Position numbers and translations under genes: made by a program. From Bacteriovoracaceae bacterium (lineage in GTDB: Bacteria > Bdellovibrionota > Bacteriovoracia > Bacteriovoracales > Bacteriovoracaceae), in assembly GCA_049599895.1 (NCBI GenBank), contig JBMYPC010000082.1:1-14293 (forward strand): a DNA stretch of 14,293 nt, written 5' to 3'. Under the pieces are notes generated by a model that was not told the DNA's origin, ran no database searches, and saw nothing but the letters and a program-made list of their open reading frames with translations. This document shows positions 7,492 through 14,293 of the stretch, one piece after another. The number at the start of each line of letters is the position of its first letter. Position 1 is the first letter of the stretch.

Positions 7492-7851
7492 TCACCATGA
7501 GCTTAGAGTAAATCGGATGGGGTCATCAATAACATCTGAAAGTTTTTTGATGAGACCCAGAGATTGAAGTGATTTATAGATTCGATCAAAAAGAGTGATT
7601 GAAACCTTTAAGTTTTAAATTCTGTAATAGCGATGACCATCTTTAAAGCCAATGTTTTCAAACATGTTTTCAAAGTTCTTCCCAAGATTTTCCTTTGCAA
7701 AATTAATAATGGGGTAGAACTCTTCAGCCTTATGGCCTTTTTCTGTTCGAAATAGCTCTGGAACGAGTGAATCGACATCGAACTTCTATGATATTGGAGT
7801 AGCGAGACTATCGTTACTTGAAAAGCTATCTTTATTCCGAGTGGAATGACC
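7492..7851 (-). pseudogene. Degraded ORF remnant with in-frame stops
   Basis: The minus frame continuing from the activator stop reads ...TPIS*KFDVDSLVPELFRTEKGHKAEEFYPIINFAKENLGKNFENMFENIGFKDGHRYYRI*NLKVSITLFDRIYKSLQSLGLIKKLSDVIDDPIRFTLSSW*, with stops at 7786-7788, 7615-7617 and 7492-7494. Protein-like composition, no clear start. Confidence 0.45.
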
Positions 7852-9219
7852 TTAGGGACATGGATCTGATTTTATATCTTCCAAGATTCTGTACATGAGA
7901 GCTTTTGAAAGCCTTAGTTGACGGCAAACCTCATTAATCTTTCCATGGTTCGATTCAAGCCAGTGTTTAACCATTAGTTTTTCCACCTCACGAAGCAAAG
8001 GTTGAAGACCGTTCACTTTTACGAATTCGTAAGCTTTAGTTCCAAGTAAATTTGTAGGGTCTTCATTTTGGTTTCTCTCATGGCCGAAAAGGAATTTCTG
8101 ATTCTTGTTCATATAAACAGGAAAGTCATTGTCCGTAACAATTCCCTTAGACTTCATTACGACCTCTTGAGCCACATTCTTAAGCTCTCGAATATTGCCA
8201 GGCCAGGCATAATCAAGAAGAAATTCTTTGGCCTCGTCTGTGAGATAGAGTCGTCTTGCGCTTTGGTTTAAAAAGCTTTCAAAGAGATCGAGAATGTCCT
8301 CTTTTCTGTTTTCTAATGGGGGAACTTCAATTTCCTGACCTCTTAAACGAAAGTAAAGATCAAGGCGAAACTTTTTTTCTTCAATCAGATCTTCAAGAGC
8401 GTCACATGTGGCGCTTATAAGAGTGAATTGACTCTGAATTTCCTCGTGGCTTCCCACTGGACGAAAAGACTTTTCTTCAATAACTCGTAAGAGTTTCTTT
8501 TGAATCTCAATATTGATAGAGCCAATCTCATCTAGAAAAAGTATTCCACCATTTACCTTTTTTAAAATTCCTTCTTTATCAGAAGTGGCCCCAGTGAAGG
8601 CCCCTTTTTTATGTCCAAAAAGTTCTGATTCGATTAACTGTGAAGACATTTCTGAAAGATTGAGATGGAAGAAAGGTTTATCAGGTCTTGTTGCTTGATG
8701 GAATGCTTTTGCAAGTTGCGTTTTCCCAACTCCTGTTGGGCCAGTGATGAGAAGATTTGATTGATGTTTAATTTGGTTTTGAAAGAGTTTTAGAATTTCA
8801 TTTCGAAATGAAGGGTCTTTCGTTCGATATTCTTTAAATATTTCTCCTTCAAGTTCAAGGAGTTTTAGAGTTTGCACTGACTTTTGAATCTCCTCAAAAA
8901 TAAGTTCTTTTGACTTGAGCTTATTTAAAAAACTATGGCAGCCAAGTTCGTAAGCTTGTCTTAAAGATTGCACATCTTCTGATCCTGTAAGAATAAGAGG
9001 AAGCTTAATTTTTTCTTTAAGAGATCTAAGGACTTCAAGCCCACCCTGTGGTGATTCTTCTAAAGAAAGATCAATAAGAGCAATTTCAAACTTCTTGTTT
9101 TGAGCTTTAAGTTTTGCTGATTGAATTGATCTTGCCAGCGTTACTGTTCCAAGTGTTTCAAGTTGACGGCTGAGCGCAACTGCCCAAAGTGGATCGTCTT
9201 CCACTAATAAAATGTTCAT
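7852..9219 (-). CDS. Sigma54-dependent response regulator (NtrC/AtoC family: REC + AAA+ + Fis-type HTH)
   Basis: Receiver ILLVEDD...LIDLSL; Walker A GPTGVGKT; ESELFGHKKGAFTGA; Walker B LFLDEI; FRLDLYFRL; WPGNIREL; C-terminal HTH GKINEVCRQLRLSKALMYR. Confidence 0.95.
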   Translation of the reverse strand: MNILLVEDDPLWAVALSRQLETLGTVTLARSIQSAKLKAQNKKFEIALIDLSLEESPQGGLEVLRSLKEKIKLPLILTGSEDVQSLRQAYELGCHSFLNKLKSKELIFEEIQKSVQTLKLLELEGEIFKEYRTKDPSFRNEILKLFQNQIKHQSNLLITGPTGVGKTQLAKAFHQATRPDKPFFHLNLSEMSSQLIESELFGHKKGAFTGATSDKEGILKKVNGGILFLDEIGSINIEIQKKLLRVIEEKSFRPVGSHEEIQSQFTLISATCDALEDLIEEKKFRLDLYFRLRGQEIEVPPLENRKEDILDLFESFLNQSARRLYLTDEAKEFLLDYAWPGNIRELKNVAQEVVMKSKGIVTDNDFPVYMNKNQKFLFGHERNQNEDPTNLLGTKAYEFVKVNGLQPLLREVEKLMVKHWLESNHGKINEVCRQLRLSKALMYRILEDIKSDPCP

Positions 9220-9258
9220 CTTTTACCCCCTGCTATCAATGACAGCAGAGTTTGGTAG

Positions 9259-9274
9259 AGCAAGGGCCATACCA
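9259..9274 (-). promoter_or_regulatory. Sigma54 -24/-12 promoter for the response regulator gene
   Basis: Minus strand reads TGGTAT-GGCCC-TTGCT with GG-N10-GC spacing, 40 nt upstream of ATG 9219, which has a GGGGG RBS. Confidence 0.65.
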
Positions 9275-9357
9275 ATTGGAATATCTTCTAAGGGTTTAAT
9301 TTTTCAATCGTGCAAAGTCCTAGAATGTTTGAAAAATGAAATCGCTTTTGAGCGTTG

Positions 9358-9371
9358 TTTCAAGATTGAAA
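9358..9371. promoter_or_regulatory. Palindrome TTTCAA-GA-TTGAAA, candidate activator site
   Basis: Perfect 6-bp arms between two divergent sigma54 promoters; additional IR ATTTTTCAA (9299-9307) / TTGAAAAAT (9329-9337). Confidence 0.45.
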
Positions 9372-9376
9372 TACTT

Positions 9377-9392
9377 TGGTCCAGTAGTTGCA
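9377..9392 (+). promoter_or_regulatory. Sigma54 -24/-12 promoter for the 96-aa secreted protein
   Basis: TGGTCC-AGTAG-TTGCA; GG 9378-9379 and GC 9390-9391 are 10 nt apart; 50 nt upstream of ATG 9442. Confidence 0.6.
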
Positions 9393-9441
9393 GTATAAAA
9401 TCAAGAAAAATTAAACTTAAGAGTATTTAGAGGAGTTTGAG

Positions 9442-9732
9442 ATGAAAAAAGTGTCTATGATTTTTACAGTTGTGGGGCTTTTATTAATAAGTGCTGCTCA
9501 AGCATCGGCTTCCCATCCTATGAAGTCTCAAACGGCCAAATTAGTCCGCTCACAGCTCTGGTATAACGGGCCTGAAGCTCACCAGAGTGTCGATGAACTT
9601 TTGAAGATTGCTTCAGCTAAAATACCAACTGAAATTAAGGTTGAGCAGAACAATCAAAAGCAAGTGGAATTGCCTGAAGAAATCACTCGACCTATGCACT
9701 CAGTGTTAAAAAAACATGCGCCCCAGCTCTAG
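9442..9732 (+). CDS. Small secreted hypothetical protein (96 aa)
   Basis: GAGGAG RBS; Sec signal peptide MKKVSMIFTVVGLLLISAAQASA with an A-x-A cleavage motif. Confidence 0.8.
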   Translation: MKKVSMIFTVVGLLLISAAQASASHPMKSQTAKLVRSQLWYNGPEAHQSVDELLKIASAKIPTEIKVEQNNQKQVELPEEITRPMHSVLKKHAPQL

Positions 9733-9829
9733 ATTCTTTGTAGATTTTCATTAAACTAGGATTGCAAATTTACTGGTTTATAGTATTGTATTCAGACTAA
9801 AAGCGTCGTAGTGTAGTGAAGGAAGATTT

Positions 9830-10276
9830 ATGCGCAAAGTGGCCCAAATAGGCACTCATCTCAAGAAGATTTATAGAACCTATTCTCAATCATTATTAGA
9901 GGCATTGCAAAAGAAAGGTTTCGCTGATTTAAGACCAAGTTTCTTAGAAGTATTACTTTATATTTGTGAACATGATGGATCCTCAATCAAGTCAATTGGA
10001 AGGGGTTGTGGTTTAAAAAAGCAAACCATGACTTCACATCTCAATGAGCTTGAAAAAAGGGGCTATGTAAAAAGACAAGTGAACCCACGTGATAAGCGTG
10101 AGCAGCTGGTTTTTTTAACGGAGTATGGACAGAAGTTTAAGCTCAGCCTTACTGAGTCAGTGAATGAAATTGAAGTGGATTACATCAAAGTTCTTGGAGA
10201 AGTTGAGATGGATCGAATTGATTTTGTTCTTCAAAACTTTTATCAAAAAATTGCGGAAATGCACGAGTCTAAATAG
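9830..10276 (+). CDS. MarR-family transcriptional regulator
   Basis: Winged-helix pattern KQTMTSHLNELEKRGYVKRQVNPRDKREQLVFLTEYG (DxR wing motif); 148 aa; AAGGAAG RBS. Confidence 0.92.
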   Translation: MRKVAQIGTHLKKIYRTYSQSLLEALQKKGFADLRPSFLEVLLYICEHDGSSIKSIGRGCGLKKQTMTSHLNELEKRGYVKRQVNPRDKREQLVFLTEYGQKFKLSLTESVNEIEVDYIKVLGEVEMDRIDFVLQNFYQKIAEMHESK

Positions 10277-10278
10277 TC

Positions 10279-11184
10279 TTAGAAGACCGGATAGAAATCA
10301 CCAAATTGAATGTTACTTGTAATCACTGTGGTGAGATAACCTGATGTGAGAAACAAGGTTCCCTCGTAAATTGAAAAGCCTATAAGCTCGTTTTGGTTCT
10401 CTTCAGCATCAGCTTGTCCTTCGGTATGAACACTGTCATTGAGCTTATAAAATAGCTGAATCCCTTTTTGAATAACAGGGAAGATAATTAATGAGAGCAT
10501 GATCTTAAGAATGACTTGGATTGAGAACCAGCGGATCTCTAACATGTCTTGTTTTAGCGAAGAAGCAATAATCAGACTCCAACCAATAAAGAACCCTAAA
10601 TAAGAAAAAGCAATCGCAAGACTTTTTTGAACGAGTAAACGATTGAAAGAAAGTTTTGAAACGATGGCATAACTTTTGGTGGCAAAGCCAATGAGAACCA
10701 TGGAAAGAAGCCATGTGATCATGAGAAGGACAAGAGATTCTTTTGCAACAAAAAGTGATGACTTAAGGATAATGGCAACTCCAATGCAGTGACCAAAGCT
10801 TATGATCGAGTAGGCAAAGTTTTTTCTTTTTAAGACCTCATCTTGGTACTCGAAGTTATAAAGAACGATACTTTCAATAATGTAAATTGATCCCAAATAA
10901 AGAAGAATTACAATAATTGAAAGAATAAGAAACTCAATAATCGCAACAAGAATTCCCGAAGAGATGTGAAAATAAAACTCTGAAAAAATTATTCCAAGAC
11001 CAATGATTCGAGCGAGAAGATGAAGAGTGTCTGGAGCATTCTTTGAAGGGTGAAAACGGCTAAAGATCGTTTTTCGAGTAGAGGGATAGAAAATCGCGTG
11101 AACGTATTTATAGATGTAGAGGACGGCACAAAGAAGAATTGTAAAAATAACTCTCAGGATGAGTTTATCAAATAGTTCATTCAT
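10279..11184 (-). CDS. Polytopic membrane protein, DUF350 (YjfL/UPF0719)-like with internal duplication
   Basis: About 8 TM segments; repeated motif EVLKRKNFAYSIISFGHCIGVAIIL and LLVQKSLAIAFSYLGFFIGWSLIIA. ATG 11184 forms an ATGA overlap with the upstream stop (11181-11184) and is preferred over 11220. Confidence 0.7.
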   Translation of the reverse strand: MNELFDKLILRVIFTILLCAVLYIYKYVHAIFYPSTRKTIFSRFHPSKNAPDTLHLLARIIGLGIIFSEFYFHISSGILVAIIEFLILSIIVILLYLGSIYIIESIVLYNFEYQDEVLKRKNFAYSIISFGHCIGVAIILKSSLFVAKESLVLLMITWLLSMVLIGFATKSYAIVSKLSFNRLLVQKSLAIAFSYLGFFIGWSLIIASSLKQDMLEIRWFSIQVILKIMLSLIIFPVIQKGIQLFYKLNDSVHTEGQADAEENQNELIGFSIYEGTLFLTSGYLTTVITSNIQFGDFYPVF

Positions 11185-11879
11185 TTCAGGATTGTCCCCA
11201 CTGATTCTGTTATCTTCCATGGAGGAATATTAAAGAGTTTTATAAAGAGTGCTTTAAAATCGATTTTTCTTTCTCGGTTTTCTCTTTGGTATTGAAAGGC
11301 CTCTTTGGTAATGATTCCTTCCGTTCCAAATTCTCTATTGAGTCCATAAAAAGCTCTATTATCTTTTTTGTATTGCTCAAGCTTTATGTAAAAGTCCTTA
11401 GAAGGTCTAAACTCACCCCAACCAAAAAACTTTGGAAATTGTTTATAGACCCGGTGAAATTCCCAAACTCTTTGTCCCGAAGGTTGTCTCTCCCAGGTTC
11501 CGTAAGCAGGACTTCCAAGATAAAGGCTTCCTGGAGGAAGTGGGATTGAGCTTTCAAGGTTTGATCGCTCCGCTCTTCGAAACAATGAAAGACCTATGTT
11601 GGGCTGGTTTCTTTCCCAATGTCTTCTTGAAGTTCTCACGATGACTGTTTTTGGGGAGCGAAAGCCACGGATGACTAAATACTTATGGTAATAAGTTTTA
11701 ATTAGGAATCCAGTTTTAAAAGAATCAATAAGAATGACAGAAAGATCTCCTCCTCTAAAAAAGTTAGAGTAGGTCACTTCGCTAACAATATAAGGAGTTC
11801 CTTTACTTGATCTTGAGAGGGATTTCGTCAATCCCAAAAACATCAAAACCAGAAGGATATAAAGAGAGAACGTTTTCAT
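11181..11879 (-). CDS. Conserved-looking hypothetical exported or membrane-anchored protein
   Basis: N-terminal hydrophobic segment; aromatic-rich motif PPGSLYLGSPAYGTWERQPSGQRVWEF; translationally coupled to the DUF350-like gene. Confidence 0.75.
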   Translation of the reverse strand: MKTFSLYILLVLMFLGLTKSLSRSSKGTPYIVSEVTYSNFFRGGDLSVILIDSFKTGFLIKTYYHKYLVIRGFRSPKTVIVRTSRRHWERNQPNIGLSLFRRAERSNLESSIPLPPGSLYLGSPAYGTWERQPSGQRVWEFHRVYKQFPKFFGWGEFRPSKDFYIKLEQYKKDNRAFYGLNREFGTEGIITKEAFQYQRENRERKIDFKALFIKLFNIPPWKITESVGTILK

Positions 11880-11947
11880 TGGGGAATATTGTCTCGTACT
11901 TGATGTGGAGGATCAATTGAAAACTCTCTTTTTTGTTGCAGCAAGTC

Positions 11948-13258
11948 TTAAGATTGTTCGATTAGAGAGAGGATTTCAGTTTTTTGTTTTTCTGTAAGAG
12001 AGCCAAAGTCGCAGTGAAGGCGGCTGATGGCATGAGATTCACTGAATTTCTTAAAGAGATCAGTAGACTGGTCAATCGGAAAGAGAATTTTCTTATTATT
12101 TTGAAAAAGCTTTCTTACAACCATCATTTTATAGGTGTTGTGGCTAGGCCCATCGGTATAATACTTTGAAAGTCGCCCAAGGGATGAGCTTCTAATAAAC
12201 TCAATCTCTTGCTCTTGAAGGTATTGTTGAATTTTTTCTAATTGAATCAATTGAGACTGGTTAAAAGATTCATAGATTTTTTTGGGAATTTTATTTTTAA
12301 CGATTGCTTGAGCGTATTCATTCTTAGAGTTTCTTAAAACCTTCATAAGATGATGATCGTCGTGAACAATATACTCTTCAATATTTGCAGGAATTTTGTA
12401 TTCATCAGGGGATGAACGAAAATATTTTAACAGAAGTTGCTCTAAGCAGACGGCCCTATAGTGAAAATAGACCATCACAAACATATGGTAACGACTCAAG
12501 AGAAAGTCATCAAAAGTTACGACAGCTCTTTCCGTTATTCCAAGAACAATATCATTGTTTTCAAGTTCACAGGCTTCGAGATTATCGGTGAGCCAATCAA
12601 GATCATAAGATCCGTAACTTACACCACAGAAATAACTATCTCTTAAAAGATAGTCCATTCGGTCACAGTCAAGTTCACTTGAAACAAGTTGGTGAAGAAT
12701 CGGAAAGTAGTTTTTATTATTAATCGTAAAGTACTCTTTATCGTGAGTTCTTCCAATTATAAGATCGGCGATTCTTGCTCGATCAACTCCAAGCTCTGAT
12801 TCCACGGCATGGAAAGATTCAGCGAAGCTGCTGTCGGCAATAGATTTGATTGTGTAGTCTTCGTGAGTCGCCTGACGGTCGAATTTTTGTTCGTGGTCAG
12901 TGAGAAAGTTTTTTGGAATCTCTAGCTCTGAGAGAAGAGGCATCACAGATTCAGTTGAGTGACTGAGAGGAGCATGGCCAACATCGTGGAGGAGGCAGGC
13001 CAGTTTAAAGGTCTCCTTAATTCGATCGTAGCCCTTTTCTTTTTGAAGAGAGAAAAAGAGTTTATCAAAAACTCTTCTTCCAATGTCCATAACACCAATG
13101 GAGTGGATAAATCTTGTATGAGTGGCCCCTGGGAAAATGTAATCAGCGAAGCCAAGTTGTTTGATATTTCTTAAGCGCTTAAAGAAATCGTGAGTAATGA
13201 TAGGGATTTCAGATTCAAGAATGTGAATTGATCCGTGGACTGGGTCTCTAATTTCCAA
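11948..13258 (-). CDS. HD-domain phosphohydrolase (SAMHD1/YwfO-like dNTP triphosphohydrolase family)
   Basis: IRDPVHG, RLRNIKQLG, FPGATHTRFIHSIG, LLHDVGHAPLSH, LDCDRMDYLLRDSY, VYFH. TTG start with AAGGA RBS. Confidence 0.92.
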   Translation of the reverse strand: MEIRDPVHGSIHILESEIPIITHDFFKRLRNIKQLGFADYIFPGATHTRFIHSIGVMDIGRRVFDKLFFSLQKEKGYDRIKETFKLACLLHDVGHAPLSHSTESVMPLLSELEIPKNFLTDHEQKFDRQATHEDYTIKSIADSSFAESFHAVESELGVDRARIADLIIGRTHDKEYFTINNKNYFPILHQLVSSELDCDRMDYLLRDSYFCGVSYGSYDLDWLTDNLEACELENNDIVLGITERAVVTFDDFLLSRYHMFVMVYFHYRAVCLEQLLLKYFRSSPDEYKIPANIEEYIVHDDHHLMKVLRNSKNEYAQAIVKNKIPKKIYESFNQSQLIQLEKIQQYLQEQEIEFIRSSSLGRLSKYYTDGPSHNTYKMMVVRKLFQNNKKILFPIDQSTDLFKKFSESHAISRLHCDFGSLTEKQKTEILSLIEQS

Positions 13259-13299
13259 AGCTTTTCCTTAAATTGGAAGGATTTTTCTTAAGATGAGTT

Positions 13300-13560
13300 C
13301 TAGGAGACTTTTTCCAGATTGTCCAGGTTCGCATTGAGCCAGTCAATAATATCAGCACTTTCATGCATCGGGTTGCCGTCAATGTAGAGGCAGGGGACGG
13401 TTCGTCGGCCAGTATCAGAAACGAGCTTGTCGAGAGCCGCACGGTCTTGCATGATGTCCTTGTACTCAACTTTAACCTGATGTTCCTGAATAACCACGAG
13501 CACACGTTGGCAAAAAGGGCATGAGGGAAAGAAGTAGTAGTCTAATTTTGGTGCACTCAT
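13300..13560 (-). CDS. Glutaredoxin (dithiol, CPFC)
   Basis: CPFC active site, TVPCLYIDG (cis-Pro motif), ESADII. ATG 13560 with GGAG RBS is preferred over 13578. Confidence 0.9.
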   Translation of the reverse strand: MSAPKLDYYFFPSCPFCQRVLVVIQEHQVKVEYKDIMQDRAALDKLVSDTGRRTVPCLYIDGNPMHESADIIDWLNANLDNLEKVS

Positions 13561-13570
13561 TATTTTCTCC

Positions 13571-13602
13571 AAAAACAAAAAGAGGCCAAAAATAGCCTCT
13601 TT
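13571..13602 (-). terminator. Rho-independent terminator after the H1-like gene
   Basis: Minus strand AAAGAGGC-TATTTTTG-GCCTCTTT followed by TTGTTTTT; arms at 13579-13586 and 13595-13602. Confidence 0.6.
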
Positions 13603-13627
13603 AGAATTACATTAATTTACTTTTGTT

Positions 13628-14293
13628 TTAAAGCTCAGAGCTTCCTTTTTTGCTCTTGTCTAAACCTTTAGCGTAGAGCTCGTCTTCATCAAGATACTCT
13701 GGATCTTCTTCATCGGGTTTATCAAAAGCATCGTTATAACCCCAGCCATAATCAACGTTATTATTATCAGACTCGTCATCATCTTCAGGGTTGTACTCAT
13801 CGTTAAGCTTAACAGAGTTTGGAGAGTCATCTTGAGAAGATGAGAATCCATCGGCTTTTTCTTCAACTTGATCTATTGAAACAGCTTCTCCTTCTTCTTC
13901 AGAGTTTGATCCAAAATCATTTGCGAGAGGAGTCTCTACATAATCAGAGTTTAAGCTCTCTGTTTCTTCAACTTCAGGCTCTGCGTTGAGTTGGTTTTGC
14001 TCTTTGTATTTTCTGATGGCCTCTTCTTTTGAGAGCTTTCCATCATCTGCTTTTTTTGGAGCGGCTGTTTTCTTCGTGGCTTTTTTTGTTGTTTTCTTTG
14101 CGGCTTTCTTTTTCGTCGCCTTTTTCTTAGTGGCCTTCTTTTTCGTCGCCTTTTTCTTAGTGGCCTTCTTTTTTGTCACCTTTTTCTTAGTGGCCTTCTT
14201 TTTCGTCGCCTTTTTCTTAGTGGCCTTCTTTTTTGTCACCTTTTTCTTAGTGGCCTTCTTTTTCGTCGCCTTTTTCTTAGTGGCCTTCTTTTT
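13628..14293 (-). CDS. Histone H1-like Lys/Ala/Thr-repeat protein with a highly acidic C-terminal tail; 5'-truncated by the window edge
   Basis: KKKAT/KKKVT pentapeptide repeats continue in frame to base 14293, so GTG 14239 is internal; D/E-rich C-terminal half. Confidence 0.85.
   Translation of the reverse strand, partial: KKKATKKKATKKKATKKKVTKKKATKKKATKKKATKKKVTKKKATKKKATKKKATKKKATKKKAAKKTTKKATKKTAAPKKADDGKLSKEEAIRKYKEQNQLNAEPEVEETESLNSDYVETPLANDFGSNSEEEGEAVSIDQVEEKADGFSSSQDDSPNSVKLNDEYNPEDDDESDNNNVDYGWGYNDAFDKPDEEDPEYLDEDELYAKGLDKSKKGSSEL
14106..14293. repeat. Coding tandem repeat with 15/30/60-nt hierarchy
   Basis: 30-nt unit TTTTTCTTAGTGGCCTTCTTTTT(C/T)GTC(G/A)CC made of two KKK(A/V)T-coding 15-mers; 14161-14220 is identical to 14221-14280. 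Confidence 0.95.

Noticed and set aside
7832..7861. Minus-strand ATG at 7861 overlapping the activator end
   Set aside because: It gives only 9 codons (MSLRSFHSE*); not a credible gene unless it is the frameshifted start of the adjacent remnant.
8797..8812. Perfect 16-bp palindrome TTCATTTCGAAATGAA
   Set aside because: It lies inside the activator CDS (SFRNE codons), is AT-rich, has different spacing from the intergenic dyads and has no nearby promoter; probably chance.
9212..9430. 72-aa plus-strand ORF in the ORF track
   Set aside because: It overlaps the activator start and spans two sigma54 promoters and the dyads; no RBS; best read as regulatory DNA.
9762..9789. Possible sigma70 promoter for the MarR gene (TTGCAA-N16-TATTGT)
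   Set aside because: Weak -10 and suboptimal spacing in AT-rich DNA; not supportable without TSS data.
33..13866. Short alternative-frame or antisense ORFs in the track (e.g. 33-245, 2019-2201, 3193-3399, 3925-4179, 4030-4308, 5141-5323, 5803-6039, 8068-8271, 8513-8698, 10505-10714, 11286-11549, 12385-12591, 13248-13505, 13660-13866)
   Set aside because: All are nested in or largely overlap longer, well-supported CDSs and have no recognisable domains.
14106..14293. 30-nt periodic repeat that could be mistaken for a CRISPR array
   Set aside because: There are no unique spacers, it encodes in-frame KKKAT repeats, and no cas genes are present.

Overview
AT-rich bacterial genomic DNA. Gene content and style (large Cys/Ser-rich hypothetical, KKKAT-repeat histone H1-like protein, several sigma54 promoters) suggest Bdellovibrionota, possibly Bacteriovoracales; this is an inference. 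Both terminal CDSs run off the window. The main observation is a candidate RiPP-like peptide-modification cassette at 3623-7454. It has a consensus sigma54 promoter, a 47-aa acidic peptide gene missed by the ORF track (3700-3843), an intrinsic terminator, a translationally coupled SAM-dependent (spermidine-synthase-like) transferase plus two paralogous Fe(II)/2OG dioxygenases (DUF6445-like), and an MFS transporter. A convergent NtrC-type sigma54 activator follows, with two further divergent sigma54 promoters just upstream of it. A TTTCA-N4-TGAAA palindrome occurs both upstream of the peptide and upstream of the activator. A stop-interrupted ORF remnant lies between the MFS gene and the activator. 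The right third looks like core genome: MarR, DUF350-like membrane protein and partner, HD dNTPase-like protein, glutaredoxin, H1-like protein. All family calls come from motif recognition by eye; no searches were run.
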